63,809 nucleotides of DNA, filler included, from Octopus bimaculoides (GCF_001194135.2; 6 parts of 5 records of this genome joined end to end with filler, not necessarily neighbours in it), one strand, 5' to 3'; positions 13,074 to 25,899 are shown, counted from the first letter of the whole stretch. Notes: generated from the letters alone by a model not told the origin. Numbers and translations are program-made.

Positions 13074-13147
<74 letters not shown>

Positions 13148-13947
13148 CACATACATANNNNNNNNNNNNNNNNNNNNNNNNNNNNNNNNNNNNNNNNNNN
13201 NNNNNNNNNNNNNNNNNNNNNNNNNNNNNNNNNNNNNNNNNNNNNNNNNNNNNNNNNNNNNNNNNNNNNNNNNNNNNNNNNNNNNNNNNNNNNNNNNNNN
13301 NNNNNNNNNNNNNNNNNNNNNNNNNNNNNNNNNNNNNNNNNNNNNNNNNNNNNNNNNNNNNNNNNNNNNNNNNNNNNNNNNNNNNNNNNNNNNNNNNNNN
13401 NNNNNNNNNNNNNNNNNNNNNNNNNNNNNNNNNNNNNNNNNNNNNNNNNNNNNNNNNNNNNNNNNNNNNNNNNNNNNNNNNNNNNNNNNNNNNNNNNNNN
13501 NNNNNNNNNNNNNNNNNNNNNNNNNNNNNNNNNNNNNNNNNNNNNNNNNNNNNNNNNNNNNNNNNNNNNNNNNNNNNNNNNNNNNNNNNNNNNNNNNNNN
13601 NNNNNNNNNNNNNNNNNNNNNNNNNNNNNNNNNNNNNNNNNNNNNNNNNNNNNNNNNNNNNNNNNNNNNNNNNNNNNNNNNNNNNNNNNNNNNNNNNNNN
13701 NNNNNNNNNNNNNNNNNNNNNNNNNNNNNNNNNNNNNNNNNNNNNNNNNNNNNNNNNNNNNNNNNNNNNNNNNNNNNNNNNNNNNNNNNNNNNNNNNNNN
13801 NNNNNNNNNNNNNNNNNNNNNNNNNNNNNNNNNNNNNNNNNNNNNNNNNNNNNNNNNNNNNNNNNNNNNNNNNNNNNNNNNNNNNNNNNNNNNNNNNNNN
13901 NNNNNNNNNNNNNNNNNNNNNNNNNNNNNNNNNNNNNNNNNNNNNNN

Positions 13948-13986
<39 letters not shown>

Positions 13987-14378
13987 GTGGATAGGTGAGA
14001 TCTAGGGATGTTCTGGCATATATATATATATATATATGCGTAAGCATACACACACACATGCGCACACATACATGCACACACGCACATGCACACACACACA
14101 CGGACACACACACCTCTAAATATGAAAGCAGTGTTTGTTGACACATCTTTGAGGAGGAACAGTTTTTGTATCAGTAAAACAATTGTCTCATCATCTAGTT
14201 TTCCTTGATAAATGAAGGCACAAAGCAGTATCTGCTATTGGTACGTCAGTGGAATACGTAGCCCCACCGACAACAAGAAGATAACAGAATAAAGATTTCT
14301 GGTCTATTGTTTTATTCTTCTATGCGTTTATATATATGAATATATATGTGTGTGTGTGTGTGCGTGCGTGTGTGTGTG

Positions 14379-14422
<44 letters not shown>

Positions 14423-15178
14423 CCAAATCGCAATTGCTTATATATATACACCTGTATATAGTCATATAAAGAAAGTTACGTACCCATAAACAGAGATGTG
14501 CATGCTCGTACATGCGCGCACACACATGCATGTATATTTATAAATGTTTATATATATATATATATATATATACGTACATATACGCATACACAATAGCATA
14601 CATACGGACATACATACACACATACATACACGCATACACATACACACACATATATCACTACATGCATATATATGGTAGCATCTACGCATGTATATCTGTG
14701 GATGTATATAAATAGGTGTGTGTATTTTTGTGAATATGTATGCACGTGTTTAAAGTAATATCATAAACATTTGTACCTATCTCAAGTAATATCGATAAAC
14801 AAACACAATAATTGTTTAACGAGGAAATAAAAATAATTAAACATTGTTAAACATATCTATTTAAATTTTCAGACAGATAGAGGTAGAATCAGTGAGAGAA
14901 AATGAGAAACAGACACATACCTAACGAAACGAATTTCATTGAGTAAATCGAGTATATTCATATCATTTTCTTTCATTATTTCATAAATTAGGCCTATAGT
15001 TATAATCAGTAATGCTAAATGTAATATTATTAAATGCATATTATATTATTATCACATGCTAACCTGGTAATTATATATAGATTCATGCAAACATGTATAC
15101 GGTTAGTTTTGTATGAGCATATACATACATACATACATACATACATACATACATGCATGCGTGCATGCATACATACAT

Positions 15179-15209
<31 letters not shown>

Positions 15210-15217
15210 TACATACA

Positions 15218-15249
<32 letters not shown>

Positions 15250-15671
15250 CATATACATATATGTCTAAGACAGTTTGATTCGGTTCTGTGCTCCTTCGAG
15301 TTTCGCAGGCCCCTAACGGTAACCCGACTCCTTCAGGCTTCTGGACTGACTGAAACAACATACATATACGTATGCGTGTGTATGTATGTATGTATGTATG
15401 TATGTATGTATGTATGTATGTATGTATGTATGTATGTATGTATTACGTACGTATGTATACGTATGCTTGTAATAAAAAAGTAAATATGAAATGCGGATGC
15501 ACAGAGCATATTCCTATAAATTTAATACTAATATTTCCACAATACCTTTATAAACTACATTTACGTGCGCANNNNNNNNNNNNNNNNNNNNNNNNNNNNN
15601 NNNNNNNNNNNNNNNTTAATTAATTAANNNNNNNNNNNNNNNNNNNNNNNNNNNNNNNNNNNNNNNNNNNN

Positions 15672-16305
15672 ACAAGTCTATCCAAAAAGGGTGAAATGAG
15701 TTCGTGAGAATGGAGAGAAGAGCAGATGTTAACTCGGGATTTGCGGTTGCTTTCGGAAAATTCATGAGGCACCCATTTTCCAAGTTTAGGAACCTTTCCA
15801 AGTTGTTGAAGATGACGATGAACAGTTGTATGGTTTGAACTAAGCTTTATTGCCAATTCTTCAACTGAAAATGCAGGATTTTTTTCTAGTAATGCCTCAA
15901 AGAGCTTATCATCAAACTCAACTGGACGTCCTGTTCGATCTTCATCTTCAAGGCTGAAATCTCCACTTCTGAATTTTGCAAACCATCTTCTGCAAGTTCT
16001 TTCATTCAAGCATTCTTTCCCATAAACTGAGTGTATGTTTCAAGTCGCTTCGGCAGCAGAGTTTCCTTTTTTGTACTCATAAAGCATTATATGCCTTAAA
16101 TGCTCTTTGGATACTTCCATGTTAGAAAGGGTTTTAATCAAAGAAATTTTAATTCTATTATTCCGTAAAATAATATTTAATTAGTTTAAATGTACACAAA
16201 TGCATAAAAATAATTTTTAATTCCATTAGACATTCTAAAATACTATTAAATTTCATTCAACTTTAAAAAAAGGTAAAATCGGACAGAACTTATGGGATGA
16301 CCTGA
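15672..16305 (-). mobile_element. Mariner transposon, 5' half
   Basis: TA-flanked terminus tcaggtcatcccataagttctgtcc at 16305; ATG at 16120, MEVSKEHLRHIMLYEYKKG, RRWFAKFRSGDFSLED..R.GRP and WVPHE; one in-frame stop; remainder lost in gap. Confidence 0.9.
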
Positions 16306-16329
16306 TATTTTAGTATCTACAGAGTTAGA

Positions 16330-16955
16330 GCTATACTTTTTAATAATATGTTCATTTTCAATACTTAGTTTTTTACCAGTCACACCTGTATCATTATTCT
16401 TCTTCCTTTTATTTAGCTTTAGTTAAAAAAGATTGTTTCATGCATTTGATTCTATCTTCATTTTTATTTTTATTTCACATACTGTCAAGTTCCAACTTAT
16501 CCAATATTCTATCATTTCCAGGAATTTGATTATTATTTTGATTCTGGATATAGAAAATGTTGTCTTATATCCAGCTTCAAATAATACATGGTTATAGTAA
16601 TTTTGATTTTGCTTAAGTAGATATATTTTTAATGATAGAATTTATGATGTTTCTTGGATGATTAGAATTTTTATTCACATACCTTAAGCGTATGATATGG
16701 TTAATATAGTTCAGTACTTAAATCCAGAGTAACATCAAGGAAGTTAACTTGAGTATAATCATTTTCTATTGATATAAAGAGACTGAAACATTTAAAGAAT
16801 TTGAAAAGAATTTTTCTGGGCCTTTCTAAATTAACCTTATTAGATCTATATACAGTGAATAGAACTTCATCTCTATATAATCCACCCCTAATTCAGGAAA
16901 TTCACTATGTATACAATTAAGACTATAAATACCTGCTAGACTGACCAATCCCATT
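16330..16955 (-). mobile_element. Penelope-like RT relic (YRDD type)
   Basis: Manual translation: GLYRDE (16863-16883), VNFLDVTLDL (16723-16748), YVNKNSNHP (about 16655-16680); frameshifts and stops. Confidence 0.75.
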
Positions 16956-17001
16956 TTCTTCTTGTTTGTTTGTATGTGTGTGTGTGTAGAGAGAGAGAGA
17001 G

Positions 17002-18305
17002 AATGGTGTCAAGCAGGGTGACGTCTTTGCCCCAACTCTCTTTTCTTTGTACTTTGCTGCTGATTTTACTCATGCTTTTGCTAAGGTTAGCTCTCTGGGA
17101 ATATATGTCAGATATCGATCTTCTGGCCGCATCTGTAATCTTCGCTGATTTGCTGCCAATTCAAAGGTTCTCCAGTCTATCATTCGTGACCTCCTTTATG
17201 CAGATGACTGACTTAGTCACACATGCAGTGGATGACATGCAAATACTCATGAATTGTAATTCTGCTTCTTGCAAGGCATTTGGACTTAGCATTAGCCTGG
17301 ACAAGACTGTTGTAATGTACTAGCCTGCACCAGGAAATCCATATATGGAACCAGCTATCTTGGTTGAAGGAACAATTCTGAAGGTAGTAGACAAGTTTGT
17401 CTACCTGGGCAGCACACTCAGCCATTCTTGCTCCCTGGATGAGGAAATNNNNNNNNNNGAACAATTCTGAAGGTAGTAGACAAGTTTGTCTACCTGGGCA
17501 GCACACTCAGCCATTCTTGCTCCCTGGATGAGGAAATATCTTTCAGGTTGCAGAGAGCAACTAATTCCTTCCGGTCTCTTCAGTTTTGTGTCTGGTCCCC
17601 AGCATGGCATCGCAAGGCAAACAAAGGTTGCTGTGTACCGTGCATGTGTACTGACATCGCTCCTCTACTCATATGAGACATGGACTCTGTACAAACGTCA
17701 GGTAAGGGTCCTTGAACACTTTCATCAGAGATGTCTCAGACACATTCTCAATGTTGGTTGGACCTCAAAAATTCCAGACACACAGGTCCTGAGGACAGCT
17801 TATATCTTGAGTATTGAGGCAATAGTGCACAAGCAACGGTTACGTTGGACTGGACACCTTATTAGAATGAGAGATGGCAAGATTCCTAAGCAGATGCTCT
17901 ATGGAGAACTTGTGAATGGAAGGAGATTCCGGCAGAAACCAAGGCTGCGATTTAAGGATTGTGTCAAGTCCTCATTAAAGGCCTGTGATATGCAGGACAC
18001 TGACTGGGAGAACAATGCCTGTCATCGCCACAGATGGAGGAAACAGGTTAAGGAGGGGATCGACACTTTTGAGAGAGCATGTATCCAGCATGAAGAACTT
18101 AAGCAAGCTGCGCGAAAGTGCACGGCTCGTATAGTGAATGGGGAAAGCTTGGTCTGCAATGTTTGCAGTTGTGTATGCTTGTCAAGAGCAGGGCTCATTA
18201 GCCACCAACGGAGCTGCAAATGCAAGATATAAGTTAGTCCTAGAGCACACAATGTTCCTGAAGGTCAGCAATGGTCTTCCTCGGTCACGAGTGGACGGCT
18301 ATCAC
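17002..18305 (+). mobile_element. RTE-clade LINE, 5'-truncated
   Basis: NGVKQG..APTLFSLYF, IRDLLYADD, FGLSISLDKT.VM, FVYLGS, LLYSYETW, LRWTGHLIRM...IPKQMLYGEL, C-terminal C2H2-like CNVC...GLISHQRSC. Confidence 0.92.
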
Positions 18306-18349
18306 ATATATATGTATCTATGTATGTGTATACATATGTGTGTGTTCTT

Positions 18350-18405
18350 TTATTCTTTTACTTGTTTCAGTCATTTGACTGTGGCCATACTGGAGCACTG
18401 CCTTG
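18350..18405 (-). mobile_element. SINE family A 3' tail fragment
   Basis: cttttacttgtttcagtcatttgactgtggccatactggagcac is the reversed family tail. Confidence 0.7.
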
Positions 18406-18406
18406 A

Positions 18407-18457
<51 letters not shown>

Positions 18458-18629
18458 TTCAACATATTTTGATATGCCTTAACTGAAGAAGAGTTTGCAT
18501 AAGACTTGAAATTCCTTTTTCATCTTTTGCTTTTCAACACATGATGTAAAGCCACCTTCACCCATAAAATACTCCCTCAACTACTTTTTCCCTGTACTTT
18601 TGTTGTCTTGCAAGTTACACAACAACATC

Positions 18630-18830
18630 CTAGTGCTGGTGGCATGAAAAAAAGCACTCAGTGGACATTGTAAAGTGGTTGGCGATAGGAAGAGTATCCT
18701 GCCATAGAGGCCAGATCAAAACTGACTGGAGCTAGGTATAGACTTGTAGCTTACCAGATCCTGTCAAACCATCCAATGCATATCAGCATGGAAAATGGAT
18801 GCTAAATTATGATGCTGATAAATACATATT
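18630..18830 (+). mobile_element. Family C repeat (RTE-tail-associated), diverged copy
   Basis: gtgctggtggcatg..aaaagcac, gtggttggcgataggaagagtatcc, gatcctgtcaaaccatcca..cagcatgg; homologous to 23515-23713. Confidence 0.65.
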
Positions 18831-18913
18831 GACACACACACACACACAAATGAAATATCTCAAGGTGCCCAGTGGCATGGATTTGAATAACAGACAAATA
18901 TTGGTATGTCAAA

Positions 18914-19212
18914 TACTTAACTGGCACTCTGTCGGTTATGATGAAGAGTGTTCCAGTTAATTCAATCAATGGAATAGCTTGCTTATGAAATTAACATGCA
19001 AGTGGCTGAGTACTCCTCAGGCATGTGTAACCTTAATATAGTTCCCAAGAATAAGGGTGGCCCTTTGAAAATACAAATATTACTAATTTTTGACAACTGA
19101 GTGAACTGGAGCAATGTGAAATAAAGTGTCTTGCTCAAGGACACAATATGCTGCCAGGAATTGAACTCACAACCTTATGATCATGAGCTGAATACCCTAA
19201 CCACTAATCCAC
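18914..19212 (-). mobile_element. tRNA-derived SINE, family D
   Basis: Minus strand gives A-box-like gtggattagtggttagg, B-box-like gagttcaattcc, then gtgtccttgagcaagacactttatttcacattgctccagt. Confidence 0.7.
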
Positions 19213-19712
19213 ATGTCAAATACCATACAACAAAAATTCTTAATCTATTAAAATTATCGCTGTTCTAGATAATGTATGATAATTACCAAATGGCAATTAC
19301 AATGAACTCCACCTGAGAAAGAGATATAATCTCCAAATTCAAGATTTCTTCAGAACTGATAGATCTTTAAAGAATGAACAAAACAGAGTAGAAAACAGTT
19401 ATAGTCTAGGTAATTTGCATAATTTGCACAAAATGAATTAAGAGAAATAACTTGAGATAAAGAAGAGTTATATGACTTTATTTGCTGGCGTAACTACACT
19501 TTCAACAATCATTTAAATAATCAGTTAAATATCAGACTTTTCACAACAGCACTCAAAAGTAGCTCAGTTAGATTTACCAAACAGTGCTATGAACATGATT
19601 GTTTACGTTGAGGAAATAGACAATGAACATATGTTACATTCTCTTAGTTGCTATCTACATGCAGAGTTCTAAGTTGGAGACATGAAAATGTTAATCAAAT
19701 GTTGGTGCTTAT

Positions 19713-19885
19713 CATCCTCATCATTGTCATCATCATCATTTAATGTTTGTTTTCTATGCTGACACACATTAGACAGTTTGATGGGATCTGACAAGCTGCA
19801 AGGCTGCATTGAGCTCTAATGTCAGCTCTTTTTGGTATGGTTTCCATGGCTGGATGCCCTTCCCAATGTCAACTACTGTATAGAG
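19713..19885 (-). mobile_element. Family C repeat copy
   Basis: (CAT)n tail and ggctggatgcccttcccaatgtcaac, reversed homologue of 23555-23713. Confidence 0.65.
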
Positions 19886-20022
19886 TTATGATTTTTTTAA
19901 TGACTTTTGTCAATGCTATGATTTTTTCCTTTTGACATCTGATAGCCATCACTTTTAGCTTAATTTAGAAGCAAGTTGCACAGAATTTTGTTTACAGTGG
20001 TTAGTTCAGGGTCAATTTTAGC

Positions 20023-21112
20023 ACAGAGTACAAAAACGAACATTTTCATCATGTTTTGCTTTTTTATTTCCATAAAGGCAAGAAAGCTGCTGAGGCTCAC
20101 AAAGAGGTATGTGAAGTTTATAGTGTTGATTGCTTAACAGAACACACATGTCAGAAATGGTTAAAAAAATTCCATTCTGGAAATTTTTTACTCAAAGATG
20201 ACCAATATTCTGGTCAAGCTACTGAAGTTGATAATGACTGAATCAAAGCCATAATTGAATCTGATTGTCATATAACTGCGAAAGATTGCAGAGAAGTTAA
20301 ATGTGTCACAAACAACAATTGAAAATCACTTAAAATGTCTTGGACTCATTAAGAAGCTCGATATTTGGGTTCCACATTAATTGAAAGAGAGTCACTTAAC
20401 ACAACAAATCAATATTTGTGATATGCATGTCAGACACAATGAAATCGACCTCTTTTTGAAATGAATCATCACTGGTGATGAAAATGGATTGTTTACAATA
20501 AGATCAATCCAAGTGTAATGAACCAGCAAAAACCACATCAAAAGCTGAATTGCATAAAAAAAAAAGTCATGCTGTCAATTTCGTGGAATTACAAAGGTGT
20601 TGTGTATTTTGAGCTGCTTCCAAGGAACCAAACAATCAATTCAGATGTTTACTGTCAACAACTAATGAAACTGGAGGAAGCAATCAAAGAAAAATGGCCA
20701 GAATTGGCAAATCATAAAGGAATTGTGTCCCACCATGACAACGCTAGACCACACACACATCTTTGCTAACTCGTGTAAAATTATTGGAGCTTAATTGGGA
20801 AGTGATGTCACATCCATCATATAGCCCTGACCTTGCACCACCAGATTACCATTTATTTCAAAGTTTGAAAAATTCTTTGAATGATAAAACTTTCAATAAT
20901 GATGATGATGACCTGAAATTGCACTTGCTTCAGATTTTGGCTGATAAGGACCAGAAGTTCTATGAGCACAGAATCATGAAGTTGCCAGAAAGATGGCAAA
21001 AGGCCATTAAACAAAATGGAAAATATATAATTGATTAAAGATCATTGTTTGTATGAAAAAAACGACTTTTGTTACACACTAAAAAACTAAAATTACTTTC
21101 TTGCCAACCCAA
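20023..21112 (+). mobile_element. Mariner transposon (DD34D), decayed near-full-length
   Basis: LLFYFHKGKKAAEA, WVPH, ITGDE, HDNARPH, YSPDLAPPDYHLF, LPERWQK; right TIR aattactttcttgccaacccaa followed by TA (21113-21114); left TIR not found. Confidence 0.92.
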
Positions 21113-21282
21113 TATATCTGATGAAAGATTTTCCTAAAATAATAATTATTAATTATATTTAAAAAAATTTTAAAGAACAGAATATAACCACTGTGGGATG
21201 ATATTTACATATTGAGTGCAAGTGCTTTTACTGTTAAATTTTTCAAACACACATGTTATGGAGTAATCCATATACAGAGGAA

Positions 21283-21840
21283 CAGGCATGTTGCCATGAG
21301 TGGGGCTATGACATGCTTAGCCCCACTGGTTAGAATTTCAGCCCCTCCAGTTTGAAAATTTATCTTATTCACTCTTGGAAGAATGCAGTATATACAAAAT
21401 GCCTCAGCTTGTAGTGCTTGTAGACAGCTGAAAACAATACTTTTAACAAAAAAAAAAAAACTTCTTCACATCCCTTTTTTGGACAATTTTATCAAATTTT
21501 AGACACTTTGGGGACAACAGGTTGCTTTTATCATCTTCACAAGATCTGAGGTCGCTAAAGAGGCAATAGATTATTTCCTTTGATTTAGTGCTATGTGAAA
21601 ACGTGCATAATTACAAATGCGTGTGCATGTGTGTGTGTGTGCATGCTTGTATTATAGAACTGGTCAGTCCTGAAAGCAATGCCATCTTAATTTCCTATGG
21701 AGAAATAAACTGGAGACAGATTTATGCATGCAGCTGTGTCTAAAAACATTGACTGCTTCATCTCTGGCAACAAAAATCTGCTAGGTACACATTTGTGTGT
21801 GTGCGTATATACACATACATATATATATATNNNNNNNNNN

Positions 21841-21879
<39 letters not shown>

Positions 21880-22296
21880 CAGAGATGAAAATTAACAAGT
21901 CATTTTATTCCCACCAGTCAGGAATCGTTATTGAGTTTGCGAATTCAGGATAAAGGTACGAAAAAATTTTCATCATTGGTATTTTGAGCTTAGAATTAGA
22001 ATTTTTCTTAAATATACATTTAGAAAGGCTGTTTCAGTTGAGAAGATTCATGGAATGATTTTTGAGCATATTTTCCAAAAGTTTATACTGAAATCTTTTT
22101 GCATTTAATTAAAATGGTGTAACTTTGAAAAAATTTGCTTGAACTGAAATCTCTTCAAGTTCAATTCAAAAATACATAAATTTTAAGAAATTGTTATGCT
22201 TACTATGATACTCTGACTTAGAATTATTGTGAATTTCAGTGCCCACACATATTGTTTTGAAGCCACCCTAAGCATCAAAGTCTGGCAATGGACCTG
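21283..22296. mobile_element. Possible hAT-like non-autonomous element (candidate TIR pair)
   Basis: caggcatgttgcca at 21283 versus revcomp caggtccattgcca ending at 22296 (10/14 identical); hairpin agtggggct/agccccact at 21299-21327; no 8-bp TSD seen. Confidence 0.3.
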
Positions 22297-22500
22297 AATA
22301 TAGAACCAGAGTATTAACCCTAAAATTTTTTAACTTATTAAACTTGGTTTCTTAAGTCACAAACGACTTGCCCTGTCATTACATATGTATAAATCAGTAT
22401 AAAGTGTTGGTTAAATCCTTTTTATTCAACCGTCATTAGCGTAAGATCACTCAACAACGTATACCTTTAGGTCAGTGTACTACGGAGTGTTCGTACAATA

Positions 22501-25250
22501 ATGAATCGCTGCAGAAAAAGAGAACTGAAGCAATCATTGCTGAATTTCCTATCTAATTCATTTAATGTTAAACAGAAGAGAATTTCAAATGAAGAAGTTT
22601 CACAGCTCAAGGAAGGTAGTATTAGTTTTTCAGAGTCTTTGACACCTTCATTGTATGATCTAGGACAGGTCGACTGCCAACCAGTGCAGCCAGTTCTAGC
22701 AAAGTTTAATCCAAGGATTAATGGAAATCAAAAACGTGACTTCTCATCAAGCTGGTATACCGGCTGTCCATGGTTAGAGTATTCTCTTTCAAAGAAAGCC
22801 TTGTTTTGTTTTCCTTTTTGGCACATTAATACTTTTGCTCAAGTGAATACTTGCTTTATTAAAGATGAATATTCTAACTGGCATCATGCCAAAGAAAAAA
22901 TCAAAGGTTTAAATAAACATGCAAACTCTGCAGCCCATATCCAAGCTATGGTAACATGGAGGGAATGCCAACAGCATATATCCACAATATCTGCGTCTTC
23001 AATTTTGCAAAATGATCAATTGAGCAAAAACCATTACTATATAAATTCAATTGTTGATATTGGGCATTTTCTTTGCGCAAGTGGATTGCCTTTTTGAGGA
23101 AACAAAAATGAAACTTTTGAGGATCTTTATTCAGAAGATGAGATGCAGCCTTGGGGTCTTTTTATACAATTAGGTAGGCCCAGGAAGACCTGGGCTGAGG
23201 TGGTGAGGCAAGACCTTCGTACATTGGGCCTCACCGAGGCGATGACTACTGACTGAGACCTTTGGAAATGTGCTGTGCGTGAGAAGACCCGGCAAGCCAA
23301 GTAAGATCGTTGCCAGTGCCCCTGGTCTGGCTCTTGTGCGGGTGGCACATAAGATGCACCATTTTGAGCGTGGCCGTTGCCAGTACCGCCTGACTGGCTC
23401 CCGTAGGATTTTCGAGCGAGATTGTTGTCAGTGCCCCTGGACTGGCTTGTGCGGGTGGCACATAAAAGACACCATTTCGAGCGTGGCCGTTGCCAGTATC
23501 GCCTGACTGGCCTTCGTGCAGGTGACACGTAAAAGCACCTACTACACTCTCTGAGTGGTTGGCGTTAGGAAGGGCATCCAGCTGTAGAAACTCTGCCAAA
23601 TTTAGATTGGAGCCTGGTGTTGCCATCCGGTTTCACCAGTCCTCAGTCAAATCGTCCAACCCATGCTAGCATGGAAAGCGGACGTTAAACAATGATGATG
23701 ATGATGATGATGATTCCAATACACATTAGAGAAAGACTCAAAGCTAATGGAATGTTACAGCATGATTCTCCAAAATGCGAACTATACCTCAGTAGCAATG
23801 CAAAACCAAAACCATCAGCCTTGGTGTCGATGAAATAAAATGCTTCAATATTTCTTACTTTATGCTAAAATGTGACAGAATGTGTGATTTGAGTAATACT
23901 GAAAATATTGCAATTGTTATTTGGTACTTGAAAATGGCAGGGTTCTAGAAAACATAACTGCAATGCCAACAACTAAACGTTAAGATGCTGAAACATTGGC
24001 CAACTTGTTAATTAGAAAATTAACCATCCTTGGCATTGACCCAAAGTGTATGTTGTCACAATGCTATAATGGTGCTCCTGTGATGTCTGGCAAAATAGGT
24101 GGCATTCAAAGAAAGATTCAGAATCAACTTGAAAAATATACCCTATGTTCATTGTCTTAATCATCAGTTGCATCTTGTGGTTAACACAATAAAGTGGATT
24201 CTGGAATTAGCTACATTCTTCGACACCATTAATATTCTTCATTATTTTATTGAACAGCCAAGGGTAGTTAGTCTCTACAAAGGACTGAAATTGCCATGTC
24301 TTATGGAGTACAAATAGTCTGGTTATTTCAGTGTAATAGGAAATTACTCCAAGATTGTTGGTCTGCTAACCAAGTGCACAGATTCATCAGGTTCAAAAAC
24401 ATGTATCGAGGCAACTTGAATTTTACATCAAGTTCATTCCAAAAGGTTTATTTTTCTAGCCCTTGTTCTTAGTAAAGTTTTGCATGTAATTAGGCCAGTC
24501 AACAAACAGCTTCAGAGTTACAATTGTAATATACATCATGGCTTCTTGAGATTGCCAAGAGTGAAATAACTAAACTAAGAGACTCTTTGATATTTGATGA
24601 GATTCTGAAACAAACGAGTCAATTTAATGTTATTGAGGAATGCATGCATCGAAAAGCTTGCAGGTGCCAATCGAAAAGCTTTCAGATTATGTTGTTGAAG
24701 CCCTGGTACCATCACAAGATGACTGGATAATCTTTCACAGCAAAATTTATTTCACCATCATCGATGAAAGTTTGGGAGAGCTAGATAATAGATCTTCAGA
24801 GCAAAATGACAGCATATATTTTCCTTAGCAAGTCTACTACTAATCTCTGAAACATTTTTGGGTGTTGATACTTTAAATCCTTTGAGCAATTTAGTTAATT
24901 GCAATAATTCAACCTAGTTGTCTGAACTTACTGTAGCTAAAGTATACATTTCCAAACAAAATATGACACTGCTAGATATTTTTGGATCTTTACATATTGT
25001 ACAGGATGCCTTTCCAAATGTTTATATATTGTATGGTGCAGCATTATCATTTGGGTCCAGCACAGTCACATGCAAGTCATCGTTTTTGATGCTAACTCAA
25101 ATTATGACTCCCTTTCAACAAAATATGAACCACCCACAAAAATCAAACCTTGTGATACTTGCTTCTCTTAGTAAATACAAATCAATTATAGACAAGGACG
25201 ATTTTGTTAAATTTTTTGCATTGCATTGCTGTAAATTGCATTTGTCTTAA
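22501..25250 (+). mobile_element. hAT transposase fossil (TTF zinc finger/DUF4371/hATC, ZMYM1-like type)
   Basis: WLEYS...LFCF, NWH.A, H..S..H, NA.YTS..MQN, YNGAPVMSG..GG, NHQLHLVV, and C-terminal FPNV...SSTVTCKSSF..SNL.IL; many stops; split by an insertion at 23173-23713. Confidence 0.85.
23173..23713 (+). mobile_element. RTE-type LINE 3' end with family C tail, inserted in the hAT
   Basis: GRPRKTWAEVVRQDLRTLGL...W...V..K then stop; four GCCAGT-N8-ACTGGC hairpins; gtggttggcgttaggaagggcatccagc; (GAT)n tail. hAT frame GLFIQL|FQYTLEKD rejoins across it. Confidence 0.85.
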
Positions 25251-25329
25251 ATAAATGTAACCTGATTTTATTTTGCATTATGAATTTTCTTGAAAAACGT
25301 AATCAAATTTTATAAACAGTATGGTTTTT

Positions 25330-25880
25330 AGAGTTCAGTTCAGATTTAGAATTCTAGTAAAGTATTCCTGTTTTGCCTTCAGTAGCTGAGTATTTTCTTC
25401 CTTTATTTTGAAAAATGGAAATATTTTGAATTTTCCATTTGCACAAATGCCTACATTTTTCGCTACATGGAACAGAATCTTAAATTTGCTGCTTATGTAT
25501 TCGCATATTCTGTATTAATTTTGATTCTGTTTGGCTGATATAATTCTCATTGAACTGAGCATTTGTGATGCAGTAAATAAGACTTTTAGCATTGCAATTC
25601 ATATTTGCACTAACCCTCAATTCTTTCTTATTCTTGAATTTTTTGGTTGTTTCCTGTTTAATTATTTCACATCACACAATAAAAATCTCTGCCAACAACA
25701 AAGGTCTCTGCAGTTTGTTACCAGCATTATTCCGTATTCTAATAAGAGTCTTCTGAGATTTGGTGGCTATCTTCAGCTGCTGGTAATTTGTAATTCTTTA
25801 TGTTTTTGAGATTTGATGACTCATATAGAACTGCATGGTATCATTTGGCTGAATGTAAGATGTTGTGGTTTCTAGGATTA
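25330..25880 (-). mobile_element. Penelope-like (Neptune-type) GIY-YIG endonuclease relic
   Basis: Manual translation MNCNAKSLIYCIT...ENYISQT..KL.Q.MRIHKQQI (about 25490-25602), preceded by a Cys-rich linker. Confidence 0.7.
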
Positions 25881-25899
25881 CGGGTGACTGCAAATGGAA

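Noticed and set aside
14115-14240. Minus-strand open frame ILLCAFIYQGKLDDETIVLLIQKLFLLKDV as an exon
   Set aside because: Weak splice sites, phase incompatible with the chain, and the plus strand is also open; unresolved rather than excluded.
9327-15623. Long ORFs rich in YI, CV, HT or X here and throughout the track
   Set aside because: Translations of microsatellites and N gaps.
15616-15627. Palindromic TTAATTAATTAA inside N runs (also 26591, 35460, 59094, 61562)
   Set aside because: Identical 12-mer centred in gaps of about 100 bp with stops in all six frames: a scaffolding linker, not biology.
17370-17537. 79-bp direct duplication inside the RTE ORF
   Set aside because: The copies are identical and flank a 10-N gap: an unmerged contig overlap.
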